DNA of 64,000 nt from Toensbergia leucococca (lineage: Eukaryota): assembly GCA_022813965.1 (NCBI GenBank), contig JALDZS010000014.1:1-64000 (forward strand). Direction: 5' to 3'. This document shows, piece by piece, positions 39,311 through 50,942 of this stretch (position 1 is its first letter; each line of letters begins with the position of its first letter). Made by a program: the position numbers and the translations under genes. Below the pieces are notes generated by a model. The model was not told the origin of the DNA, did not search any database, and saw nothing but the letters and a program-made list of their open reading frames with translations.

Positions 39311-40012
39311 ATGTTCGACGACTTCTCTCTTGCTAGTCCACTTCGACAAGACATCTATTACGATTGTTTCGCCGATAACGATGTTATCTCTCCCGCCCCG
39401 TCTCGCGCAGCAATTTTAAGCTACGGCCATCGCTGTTCAGAGGACAACCCTCTTTCCATGGCAGACCTCGCATGTCGATTTGAGCAGCAGAGTCTTCGGT
39501 CTGCAGCCGAGCATCCGCTTCCAGACAATTGCCAATCTTCATCACACGAAAGAAAGCCAACGATCAGATTCATTCCTCCTTCGCCTCAACTCATCCAGAA
39601 GTCCTCAGTCAGGCGCCTACCATACTCAATCAATCGCAAGCAGAGCACTCCCGCCCACCTCTCTCGCATCTCTACCCTTGTTCACGGAATTTTGCAAGAT
39701 GGTGGCTCATGCCTTTCTATTCATCCGTCGTCTCTAAACAACGTACCATCATCGATATCGTTACATGATCATACACCGCTATCACATTTCTCCACCTATA
39801 CTTCAGCACCATCACCCTTTGGAGCAGAAGATAATGAGTTTGATTCAAATGTTATCCCAGAAAGACAGTGTGTCTCCAACGTGAGTAAGGAAATGCGGCA
39901 GATTGTGCCTAGGGAGGCTTATATCAGGCAAGCGCTGGTCAAAAAAAACGTCCGTATGAGGCGGGCTGCCCGGAGGAAATTGGTAGGGAAAACCAACTGG
40001 TGTGCCAGATGA
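39311..40012 (+). CDS. Hypothetical Ser/Pro-rich protein with basic C-terminus
   Basis: 233-aa ATG-initiated ORF; basic tail KKNVRMRRAARRK; no family recognised. Confidence 0.55.
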   Translation: MFDDFSLASPLRQDIYYDCFADNDVISPAPSRAAILSYGHRCSEDNPLSMADLACRFEQQSLRSAAEHPLPDNCQSSSHERKPTIRFIPPSPQLIQKSSVRRLPYSINRKQSTPAHLSRISTLVHGILQDGGSCLSIHPSSLNNVPSSISLHDHTPLSHFSTYTSAPSPFGAEDNEFDSNVIPERQCVSNVSKEMRQIVPREAYIRQALVKKNVRMRRAARRKLVGKTNWCAR

Positions 40013-40571
40013 TTATTGTAACATTCTTATGTTCGGCGCTTGGAGCTTACGCTGTTGGTAGGGTGCTTTTTCCTGCTAGTATAGTGTTGGAGGACAGAGC
40101 GTTATATTATGCCTCGATGACGGCGCCGTTTGGCTGTGTCTGAAATAGGTGGTGTTCATTAGGCGTTACTCTTTTTGCCCTGCCTGTACTAATGGAGCGG
40201 CCTTGATACCTCCGGGATCGGGGAGTTTTCCAAGATTGGTGCTTGGTGTATATAGGGTTGCGTTGAAGTTTCGGCGGCTACTAGCTGCATGTTTTGGTTG
40301 GAACTGTTGAAGCTGGGCGATAGTGGCATGTGACGATTGAGAACATCACATATTCCTCGTTGCAATTTCAAACGAAGTCGCTTTGTGAAGAAAAACCATG
40401 CCAAGGATGAAGCAAATTAGATGCCCTAATTAGGTCTTTTCGGTTAATTCATCGTTATCGAGGCATGTGCAAATTAGCTGGCTTCCGTAGAGTGTTTAGA
40501 TCACGGAGACGGCCAACGTTTAATCATGGAAAGCCTTCAGCACCACCAGCCCACCACGCCCTCCCCCAACC

Positions 40572-41632
40572 ATGGCAGCTTCCCGGACCGCTCTCTCACT
40601 AACCTCCCTATCTTCGTACTCCAAGGACATCGCCACCCGCGCCGTCCACATTAAAATGCAGCCCCGTCCCTACAACCTCTCCGAAAGCAGACAAATTCTT
40701 CGTGTCCTCCAACGCTACGGTGAAGTCGTCGTGTTCAGAAATCTCAAGGTAAATTTCATCGTCGACCCCCTCTCCGTAGAGATACCCGCTAAGACAAGAC
40801 TTGCTGTAGAGCCACGGCTGACATGGAACTTTCGACATGGGGCCAATAGTACGAAGTCCAAAACCCGGCTCCGAACAGCGCGTTGGCGATTTTCAAGAGC
40901 GCGAGTTCTGTAGAGAGGTTATTAGGCGCTAGTCCGTTGCGGTTTGAGTTGAGAGTTGGAGAGGCGGAGGGACTGGGGGTGGAGGAGCCGATTGCCGAGA
41001 CTGCGGTGGAGGAGAAGGGGCTGGGGGTTGAGGAGCAGGGGCGCAAAAGTGAAGATGAGGCAGAGGAGGAGGGAGAGGAGGATGTGGAAGATCGAGCGTA
41101 CCGGGATCGACTCCCCACTATGGCCGACATAACCGCCAGTCCCACCTACCAAGACCTAGCTGGCAGTACCAAATGGGGCAACACCTTCTCATCCTACCAA
41201 CCATCCCCCGCTTCCCCCAAAACTCCCCCACCCCGAACCCGCAAACTCCATCCTCCGCCTCCTCCTCCTCCTCCCCCCGCCCCTCCACAAACCCCACCAC
41301 CACCACCCCAATCCCACCCAACTCGCGAAGTCCAACTCACCATCCTCCCCTCCCTCCTCGACCACCAAGCCTACATCCGCCGCCAAGGCTACTATGCCGG
41401 CTTCAACCCGAACACGCGCACGGTCATGGGCGCGGACCTGGACGCAAGGGTCCCGTTGCGAGGGCTGGCGGATGTGAGTCTTGGGATGGCGGAGGTGCCG
41501 TTGAGGGTTCGGTTGAGGCGGGAGCGGGAGAGGGAAAGGGGGGAGAGGTGGGTGAGGAAGGGGCTTAAGGAGATGTGGGAGGAAGGCGTGAGGGGTGGGG
41601 AGGGGCGTGTTGGTGGGGAGAATCGGGAATAG
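40572..41632 (+). CDS. Hypothetical protein with RRM-like N-terminus, acidic and poly-Pro tracts (intron 40749-40849)
   Basis: RAVHIKMQPRPYNLSESRQILRVLQRYGEVVVFRNLK splices in frame to YEVQNPAPNSALAIF; the N-terminus resembles a mitochondrial presequence. Confidence 0.7.
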
Positions 41633-42299
41633 TTGATGTGGGAGGGAGGGCCGGCGAAGGGCGGTTTGTTGGTACGGCAGATCGTCCTGAATATCAGATC
41701 AAAGATCTACATATCCAAATACTCAAAACTTCACCCCACATATTTTGTCCCTCGCTCGCCTCGACACTTTTACTTTCAAATCCGAGATCCCTCACCTGCC
41801 ATTCTCCCCTAGACCCGCATCCTCACTCTCATCTCCCCCCACCTCCCTCCACCTCTACATATCCCGCAAGCTCCAAGAACGCAACCCCAACGCCCCTACT
41901 CAGACCTGTCCCAACACAAGTCCTCCGGCATACAAAAAGGCAAATCTCTACCCGCAAGTTCTCTTAGGTTTACAAATCAGCAGGTTTGTGCGTGTGGGCT
42001 TCAACCTTGCTGCCTGCATTGAATGTCTGGAACCTTTGGTTGGATTTGAGAGGAAGGAGGGCTAGTTGTTTTTTTCTAGGGGGGGGGGGGCGGTGGAGGG
42101 AGGGGCTTTATTTTGAATGGCGTCTTAGAGTGAAAAGATTTCGAACGGATGAGACGTGATAGCAGACGTCTAGATGTTCGGAGCTTGGGCTTTGCATCGT
42201 TGTCTTGGACAGCTATCTTCTTCGACGCCAAGCCCCAAGCTTCCATTAGCTTAGTGGTGATCTTAGGGTAAGCGTGTTTGTACAATCGGTCTCCACTGG

Positions 42300-44251
42300 T
42301 CAAGCCCTTCCAGTCCCAATACCCAATCCCTGAACAAACCGGACCTCATTCGCTTGCCTTTCAAATGTCCTCTTCATCATCTCCCCATAAAATTCCTCTT
42401 CGCGCCTAGCTTTCCTCTCCTTCTCACTCTCTCCCTTCCACTCATCCCATTCTCCGCGCCCAAACCTCGCCTTTTCCTTAAAGCCTAGGACACCGACATT
42501 TTCGCCAGTCCAAACCAGCAATTCATCCCTCTCAACTCTTCCCTTCCCATCTAAAGCTAGAATCTTCCTCACTACATCTCCCGACCCCGCGTCAAGGCGC
42601 GAGGTCGTAAATAACCCTCGCGTTTCTACTGGGACATATCGATTGATGTTCCATTGACGCACGAGTGTGAACCCGTCACGCTCGACCCATGTAAGCATTC
42701 CGTCAAGGTCGGAATAGACGATACGGGTGCCGTGTGTGGCAACAGAGAGAAGCTTGGAGCGGGAAGCACTGACGCGATTTTTGAATGCCGTTTGTTGGAC
42801 CTGGTCTGGCTGCATGAGGTTTGCAACTGGTGCGGGATCGTCCAAGGAAGAAGAGAGACCATAGATTTCAAGGGAACCTTTGCCATTATACTCGCCGCCC
42901 GCAATCAAGGTCTTGCCTGATCTTGATTTGTCTTCGATGGTAGGAGGTTGGGTTTGACGCGCTAGGGATCCTTCCCTAATGACGAAAGGATGAGATACTG
43001 ATGTGAGGCTGCAGAGGCGGGCACCGGAATGGATGGTATTCTTCAATTTGGGAAAGAATCTTCGGTCGTACGTGAGAATACTTGGGAACCGCCCTGCTAA
43101 ATAGATCTCGCCTTGACTGGTATCAAGGCTGTCACTGAACGGTAAATGTAGTATTGAGAGTGGGCCGTGCTCCGGTAACTGGTCACCTGTGAGGAGTCTA
43201 TAGAAGTCATCTCGATATCTAGGAAATACTGGAAAGGCAGCAACGCTCTCAACTCTCTCTGTGTGTCTCGAGCTTGTTGAGCGGGAGTTGTTGGATAATC
43301 GAGGATCGTGCAGGTGTAAGCTGAGAGTAGTCCCTACAGTTAGTGGAACTGGATATGAGGCTTCAGAAAGTGCAGAGATTGGATACGGATACGATTCGTG
43401 GGAGGTGAGCTGGAGGGTCTCAAGATCGACTTCATTGAGACCACTCTGGGCCGCAAAGTATGCCTTATTCCGTGCACTGTCCACACTGACGCACTCGATA
43501 ACCCCAGTGCTAGTCATCTTGGCTTCCGAAAGCGAAGCATGTTTCCCAATTTCTCCACTCGGGCCGCTAACTGAGAGAAGGCCAGGCTTACTGCGAGCAA
43601 TGATACTACCTCTCTTGAAATCTTGTAGGTTATCATTGTGGCCGACCTCCCACAAGCATACACTACCATCATCCAAGGGAGCAACAACTTTGGAATGATT
43701 CATAGCGCTCAAGAATCCCAACCCCCGAATCTCACGTCGCTCCCTTGGCCCATGAGAATCTCCAGTAGGTTGTTGAAGCCAGCTTACGGATATCGATGCA
43801 TGCCTTGCAACGTATTCACCGTACCAGTCTACTTTTTCAGACAGATAGGAGGGATCCCAATTGGCCAACGCTCGTGTTCGCTCCGCATCCGGTCTTAAGG
43901 AGGAACCATTTCTCCCATTTTTGACCTTGGGATCATCAATGTTGCTTGAGATTGCTGCTGCTCGACTTTGCAACTCAAGGACGCGAGGGTCTGCAGTAGG
44001 TATTGGTTCACCAGAAAGGAGATCTCGGCGTCGGCGTGCAACATGTAAGTGAGAGTTATCAATGCAAATACCCCTCCATAGCTCGTTGTCGTGAGCGATC
44101 GTTAAATAACGCCTTGATACAAGATGCAGGTGGACAATGTCATGAGCTGAGAGGACTACATCAAATTAGCTACATAGATTCCTCTGAATTGTGTTTTCAG
44201 TTTCCTACAAGATAGTATATGTAAGATTAACTCTGCTGGAAGCTGATGCAT
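42300..44251 (-). CDS. F-box protein with beta-propeller-like C-terminal region (short intron near 5' end)
   Basis: MHQLPAELILHILS|FLSAHDIVHLHLVSRRY...DNELWR is an F-box motif and continues into the 557-aa ORF with WD-like segments (LDDGSVCLWEV). Confidence 0.82.
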
Positions 44252-44324
44252 GATTGTATGCTCTTCTTGACGCTGCCAAGGTACGAGAAAGAATACTCGC
44301 ATGGAGCTCCTTCAAGCTTATGGG

Positions 44325-44431
44325 AGTACTCGTCACGTGATATATAAGCTTATCGATGAGCTTATCGATAAGCGAGATAGGGGTCTCAGCACGCACGTGG
44401 CACGCTATCGATCTTGTACTCGTACTCGTAC
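44325..44431. promoter_or_regulatory. Motif cluster in divergent promoter: tandem CTTATCGAT(A/G)AG GATA palindromes, two CACGTG E-boxes, TACTCGTA repeat
   Basis: TCACGTGA (~44333), AAGCTTATCGATGAGCTTATCGATAAGC (~44346-44373), GCACGTG (~44393) and GTACTCGTACTCGTAC (44416-44431) lie between the F-box and lactonase starts. Function is inferred only. Confidence 0.45.
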
Positions 44432-44695
44432 AAAACCTTAACTATTCCATCGAAAACCCTATTTTCGCCATGGGATGAGACCTGACGTGTCACTACGCCT
44501 ACTTTGGTCACTCTGATAAAGTTGTGATTCGATAGACAATGGCTGGGATCCCCATGCGGGACTGGCTAGCCTCCACCCCACGTATGACCAGACCAACTCT
44601 TCTCCCTGGCCTTCCGGAGCTCACATTAGGTAAATTTGGAAGCTTGACTTGATACCAACTGATACAATTCCTTGAATCCAATTATTCGCCGCCAC

Positions 44696-45865
44696 ATGCG
44701 TACCTTTCCCTTCCTCGTTGGCTCCATCGATGCGCCCCTACTCTACACTCTCGCCTTCACCATCTCACCGAGCTTCAAACCTACCCTTCATATCACCCAG
44801 CGCTACGACACCATTGGTGCTCATTCATGGCTACACCTTTCCGACAACAAGAAAAATCTCTACGGTACAGCCTGGACTGAGCCACCCTGTCTGGTCGCTT
44901 ACGCCATCAACACTGCCAATGACATAAAGCTTCTCAACACTGTCCGCACAGCTTCTCGCAGCGGCTACGTCTCCGCTTCTAAGCTCTTCCTCTACTCTGT
45001 CGGCGGTGCTAGTGGTGAGGTCTTTGCTCTAGATCTTAAACATGGCGGCTTTCTGTCATCTCCATCTGGGTCTCGGTCTGACTCTGAATACAATCCTTTA
45101 CAAAAGCTTAGCTTCGTCGGAGAAGATCAGCCTCAGCGTGATGATCGTTCAGTGATGGATTTTGGTGGGCTCCGCCACGGCGCACATTCAGCCGACTTGT
45201 CGCCCGATGGCAAAGCGTTGTATGTTGCGGATATTGGGCGCAATGCGATTTTCACTTTTTCTGTGGACGCCGGAGTTGGAAAGTTGACATTAGGTGAAAA
45301 GCATATCTCACCAAGGAATCATGATGGGCCACGGCATGTATGGCCGCATCCGAGCGGAAAGCATGTGTACTCTTTGCAGGAGCACTCAAGTATGGTCGAC
45401 GTTTTCAGGATCGCGGGCCCGGGCCCGACTTTGAAACATGTGCAGGGCGTGAAAATTATCCCGGAGATGGAGAGTGCAGATGATTTCTGGGCGGATGAGG
45501 TGAGGACGAGTTTGTCGAATGGGGAGAGGCCGAGGTATTTATATGCATCCACAAGAGGCTTGGAGAAGTCAAAAAAGGGTTACGTGGCGGCTTTCAGATT
45601 GTTGGATGATGGGAGGATAGATGATGGTGGGAAAGAAGGTGGAGAGCAGGATGCGTTATTGGTGATATGGGAGACGCCGACGTCGGGCGGATGGGCGAAC
45701 GCTATTCAACCAGGGCCGACGGTAAATGGGGTCGAGTATATCGCCTTGACAGATTCAGATGAAGGGTTGGTTATGGTCCTTAGTTGGGACGGCAAACAAT
45801 TCGAAGAAGTGGCAAGGACCAAACTTGATTCAGGTGCAGGTGCAGCTACGGCAGTGTGGCTATAA
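44696..45865 (+). CDS. Lactonase-family beta-propeller, muconate cycloisomerase / 3-carboxymuconate cyclase-like; intronless
   Basis: GLRHGAHSADLSPDG..LYVADIGRN, DGPRHVWPHP, FWADEVR, YLYASTRG and WETPTSGGWANAI motifs. Confidence 0.82.
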   Translation: MRTFPFLVGSIDAPLLYTLAFTISPSFKPTLHITQRYDTIGAHSWLHLSDNKKNLYGTAWTEPPCLVAYAINTANDIKLLNTVRTASRSGYVSASKLFLYSVGGASGEVFALDLKHGGFLSSPSGSRSDSEYNPLQKLSFVGEDQPQRDDRSVMDFGGLRHGAHSADLSPDGKALYVADIGRNAIFTFSVDAGVGKLTLGEKHISPRNHDGPRHVWPHPSGKHVYSLQEHSSMVDVFRIAGPGPTLKHVQGVKIIPEMESADDFWADEVRTSLSNGERPRYLYASTRGLEKSKKGYVAAFRLLDDGRIDDGGKEGGEQDALLVIWETPTSGGWANAIQPGPTVNGVEYIALTDSDEGLVMVLSWDGKQFEEVARTKLDSGAGAATAVWL

Positions 45866-46575
45866 GACCATCTGACCACACTGTTTGAAATCATGGCGAG
45901 ATCCCAAGTCAACCATGAAGAGGAAATTACTAGCAGTTTTTCGCAAACCATCAATCCACGTCCAGCGCAATTTTAATGAAAGCATATGAACGAGTTAGTG
46001 GTCACGTGGTGAAGCTGAGGATGACCTACCTATGTGAAGATCCATTAGCTCATTGTAATAACAAAAACATATTGAACCTAGAAGCGGCCAATTGATAAGG
46101 TGCTTTATCTGCAATTGAGTGTGTGGTTGTTCTAAGAATGGCTACGGAGTACTCGTACCAAATCGAGGATAGAATACAATATTGAGTTGCGAATTGGCTC
46201 ACATGGTTTTTTCAACGAAAATCACCCTCTTTTTCGGCAGGACATCGCGGTCGTACTGCTGCAAAGCCAAGTCTCTTCTGCGGGGTGGGCCTTACTATGC
46301 ATGAGCATGAGTGCAAGTGCAACCCTGTCACACATTGTGTGGTAGAGTACTCGTATGAGAAGTTCAGTCTGTTTCACCCGCCAATTTCGGGCATAGAGCC
46401 GATGCACTTCGCATCAACTCTTAACGCCACGTGCCATTATGTCTGGCAGAGGAGTAACGATGAAGCTCTGGTTGAGCAAACAATGTAATACTAGAGGATT
46501 TGGGACGTGACATAGAAGGACAAGAAGTTTTCCTGCTGTACCTGACTTGGCACAACCTGGCGTCTAAGAGTCAAG

Positions 46576-47644
46576 ATGTATCTCATTATCCTAGTCTCTA
46601 CTCTTTTCCCATTGCTTGTACGATGCACCAATGTTGTTCTCTCCAACGATGATGGCTGGGCGGAGATTAACATCAGGACCTTTTACGACACTCTGACAGC
46701 TGCTGGCGACTCGGTCGTCCTCTCTGCTCCAGCCGAAAACGAGTCCGGAACAGGTATATTCGTCGACTCATCTTCGCAATACACCTCTTTCAAAATACAT
46801 ACCAATTCTAACGCAGAAGTCTACTAGGTTCACTAGACTCGCCCCCTACGCCGCTCCTGAGCCCCTGCGAATTTAATTCCTGTCCTGCTGGTTCCCCGGC
46901 TGAAGGCTACAATGCTTCCAACCCACGCCTCAATTATGTCAATTCGTACCCTGTCACATCAATGCGCTATGGAATCCAGGCTGTCTCCCCCAAATTCTTC
47001 GGCGGCGCCCCTGATATAGCTGTGGCAGGCTTCAACGTTGGAGGTAAAGATTCTGTCGGCTCTGGCTAATGAGTATTTTTCTGACAGATCCCATTGCAGC
47101 AAATTTGGGTAGCACTGTCCTCGTCTCCGGTACCGTCGGAGCCGCAACCGAGGCATCAAAAGAAGGTATCCCCGCCATTGCTTTCAGCGGCACCACAGGC
47201 TCGCAAACAGGTTACACGGCGGCGCTTCAAACATACATGACTATATACGCACAGCTGTCAACAAAGGTGGTGCAGACTTTGGCTGCGTCTGGCCCGCCAT
47301 ATCTTCCTGCAGACATTTGGCTAAATGTCAATTATCCTGCTGTGAGCGGCAATACCTGCTCGTCGGTTTCCGATTTCAAGTTTGTATTATCGAGAATCAA
47401 CCCTGCGTTTAAAGGCACAGCGCCTGATCTTGAGACTTGTGGGTCGACAAGACTTCCGACTGAGACTTCAGTTCTTGATAGGTCGGGCTGTTATGCCAGT
47501 ATCAGTGTTGGGCAGGCGGTGGCCAAGACTGACGCAAATGCAACTGAGCAAGCTGTTGTGCTGAGCAAGTTGGAGAGTCTTCTTTCCTGTCTACCATCTC
47601 GATTGAAGGGTATTGGATTGCAATATGATGTTCTTAGCGGATGA
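46576..47644 (+). CDS. surE: Secreted SurE-family acid phosphatase / 5'(3')-nucleotidase (introns 46754-46827, 47044-47099)
   Basis: Signal peptide, then VVLSNDDGW, VLSAPAENESGTG, NVG.NLG, SGTVGAATEA..GIPAIAFS and WLNVNYP motifs. Confidence 0.92.
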
Positions 47645-48252
47645 AGCAATGTCTACACTGGGCTTTACACACTTGTTTTTAGAGTTCAATGCGGGAATAT
47701 CCATCAAGATCATACCATTGATCAGTGTCTTCTCTACTGACCATGCTCGCCATCACCATACTATGAACGAGTGCCTCTGTCTCTCTGGTATGGCAAAAGA
47801 CGAAGATACAATGGACGGTCATGGAAAATTTGATCCATCTGTGTAGAATGACAAATTGATGGTTGCAGCCCGTTGTGTCAAGCTTTCACGATGTGGAACT
47901 AGGTATGGTAGACTCAAAAAATCCCCAAACCACAAACGTGGAGATGATCTTTCAGGTCTACGAGTAGCTTACCTCTACAGGGGAAGAAATCCATGACAAA
48001 CAGATCCCGATCAAGTGATCAAAGAGCTTGCATACCCTCCAAAAATCACAATTCATGACAAAGAATCCCCGATACGAAAAGAAGCCCCTAATGTACTCAC
48101 CTTTGGTTCCAGATAAATCCTTACTATGTCAAAACAAAGCCCTTTTGGAAAAACGAAATTACTTGAACTCTAAACACTCTCAAAATCCTAAGTCTGAATC
48201 CAAATTAGGCCTCCATAATTCAAATTCAATCCCTGGACGTTTTCCATCACAC

Positions 48253-48762
48253 TTACCTCGAAGAACTTCCTTCCCAATCAAGTACCCAATCTTCATCATC
48301 CTCTTCATCATCCTCTTCATCATCCTCTTCATCCTCATCCTCGTCCAAATCAGTCACACTCACAACGTCATCATCATCCTCTTCATCTACATCCCTGTCG
48401 AAATCAGTCTTACCCAAGATATCATCCTCCTCCTCCTCCTCCTCCTCCTTCTCTACCACCACCCACCCTTTCATCTCCATCTCACACTCGTCACACTGCT
48501 TCCCAGTGCCCGGGGCTACGGCCGGAGCCGGCACGACCTGTTCCTGATAGTCAGTGCAGGCACTCATCAAAGCGTCCAGGCCTGAAAGAACTGTTGCCTC
48601 AGCCATCTTGCGGGTAGCAATGATAAGCTGGCTTAGGCTGACCTTGGGGCAGCGTTTGAAACTGATGGTTGACGTGTGCAGGGTGGGCGATTGGTAGTAG
48701 TGTAAGTGACCGTCGTCGGACGAGGTGTAGCCGGCGCAGGGTTGGACGGTACGGATGCACAT
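48253..48762 (-). CDS. Orphan protein (169 aa) with highly acidic C-terminal tail
   Basis: AAA-ATG start (MCIRTVQPC...), open frame ending in D/E-rich tracts encoded partly by 12-bp repeats. Confidence 0.55.
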   Translation of the reverse strand: MCIRTVQPCAGYTSSDDGHLHYYQSPTLHTSTISFKRCPKVSLSQLIIATRKMAEATVLSGLDALMSACTDYQEQVVPAPAVAPGTGKQCDECEMEMKGWVVVEKEEEEEEEDDILGKTDFDRDVDEEDDDDVVSVTDLDEDEDEEDDEEDDEEDDEDWVLDWEGSSSR

Positions 48763-49528
48763 TTTTGAGAAGGTGGCCTTGATCAAAGCGGCGTTTTTTT
48801 GTTTGCTGGAGGGGAGGTAAATGTTTGTGTGTGTGCGGTTGAGGAGAGAGAATGGAGTGAGGGTTTTTGTGCAGAGGGGGTTGCGTTTTTATGTTTTTCC
48901 AGGCGGAAATCCGACTGGGGCTCTGTCTGTGCTTGACATGCGGCGACAAAGCCATTGTGCAGGATTGAACAATGGGAGTGGAGAAACGGATGAAGAGGGC
49001 GAGATTCCAAAAAATGAAGAACAAAGAGAATGTCTTCATTGTCAGCAATTTTGCTGTGAAATTTGTACGCAAAATCTTCAATAAATGTTTCCTCATTGAT
49101 TGAAGATCAATGTAGAGATTGCATCTGTGTTGTATTTCTATGATGACTTTCATGCTCCTTTTTATGACTCGGGACTGTCACTTCAATACCCTGGCGCATT
49201 TTCAAGCGGGTCAGATCCACTTTTGTTGCACTTTTCCTTTTATCTTTTGAGGCCAGTTGTGGTGTCAAAAGATAGGAGAACACTGAACGGTGATGAGCGT
49301 GATGGCGTCAAATCTTGAGAAAGGGGTCGTCGTGTGCTCCCCAAGCTCCTAATCTCTTATCGATAGATGGAAACGCCCCTATTTATCCTCGGACCTCGGC
49401 TCATCCCCGCAGCCATTTCTTAGGGCTGCGACAGTAGAGTAGAACGTAGCTTTGTGAAAAATGTGAGATGAATTGAAGAACCGCTTTCTCACCTCCCATC
49501 ACCTACCGAGGGCATCAACTGATTCAAA

Positions 49529-50624
49529 ATGCGCGCCATCCAAGTAAAAGAATACGTCAAGGTAATCCTTCCCGATCCTCCAACTCTCAAAATGCCTCCG
49601 CAACTCACACTGGCAGGGCCCCCAAGACCTCACCGTCACCACCCTCCCCGACCCCATCCCCTCCCCAACCGAGTACCTAATCGCCGTCCACGCAACCGCA
49701 ACAAACTTCTTCGACCTCCTCCAAATCCGCGGCAAATACCAACACCAGCCCCCACTCCCCTGGATCGCCGGTTCCGAATTCGCCGGCGTCATTCTCTCCA
49801 CTCCCTCCTCCTCCTCCTCAGCAGCAACCCCATCATTACCATCATCCCCAAAATACAAAGTCGGCGACAAAGTATTCGGGGCTACACAGGGTGGCTATGC
49901 TACCCGCGTGTGTGCCAGAGAGGAAGCACTGCACCCGATGCCGCGGGGGTGGAGCTTCGCAGATGCAGCGGGGCTGATGGTCACGGCGCCGACGAGTTAT
50001 GCGGCACTGGTCACGCGGGCGGGGGTGAAGCGTGGGGATTGGGTACTGGTGCATGCAGCTGCTGGCGGGGTGGGTCTGGCAGCTGTGCAGATTGCCAAAG
50101 CATTTGGGGCGACGGTGATCGCGACCGCGGGATCGGCGCGGAAGTTGCAGGTTGCCAAGGACTACGGGGCGGATTTCGCGCTGGATTATAACCAGTTGGG
50201 TTGGGAGGACCGGGTCAAGAAACTTACTCCGCATGGCACGGGCGTGGATATCGTGTACGACCCCGTGGGTATGGTGAATGCGAGTTTGAAATGCACGGCT
50301 CGCAATGGGCGTATCCTGGTCATTGGGTTTGCGGCGGGCAGTATTGAAAAAGTGGCTATGAACCGGGTGTTGCTCAAGAGCGTCAGTTTGGTGGGGTTGC
50401 AGTGGGGGGTTTATGCGAGGGAGGAACCGGAGACGGCGAAGGAGGTGTGGGAGGGACTGTTTAGGTTGATGTCGGAAGGAAGGTTTCGGGGGACGGTGTT
50501 TGGGGATCGGTTGTGGGAGGGGGGTTTGGAGGATGTGGGGAAGGCGTTGGGGATGCTGGAGAGGAGGGAGACTTGGGGGAAGGTGGTTGTGGAGTTGGAG
50601 GGTGGAAGGGAGAGTAAATTATAG
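49529..50624 (+). CDS. NADPH:quinone reductase / zeta-crystallin-like MDR enzyme, peroxisomal (intron 49562-49616)
   Basis: MRAIQVKEYVK|GP..., GKYQHQPPLPWIAGSEFAG, VLVHAAAGGVG nucleotide-binding motif, GVDIVYDPVG, GKVVV, and C-terminal SKL (PTS1). Confidence 0.92.
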
Positions 50625-50942
50625 GGTTCAGTCATTGTACAGAGTACTTATATAGAAATTGGTTCCCACGTTAATTTTAGCCAACATTAAATTAGAAAGA
50701 AGATATCTAAGTGAAGGAACCATACTCGTACGGATAGGTACTTGTTTGGTAGTCCTAGGTATTACAATTAACAATAGGTATGGGTAGAATTGAGTAACAG
50801 CTAAGACACAACTCATATATCATTATTTTCAGTATTCATTCAACATCGTATCTTCGTCTTCTTCAAAGCGTAGGAACAAACAAAATCCCCCGCAAACGTC
50901 TTCCGAGGATGAATAATCATCTAATTCTCGGAGCATGATCGA

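Noticed and set aside
48599..49153. 184-aa minus-strand ORF with a hydrophobic patch (MKTFSLFFIFWNLALF)
   Set aside because: It overlaps the better-supported acidic ORF in another frame and reads like promoter/UTR sequence.
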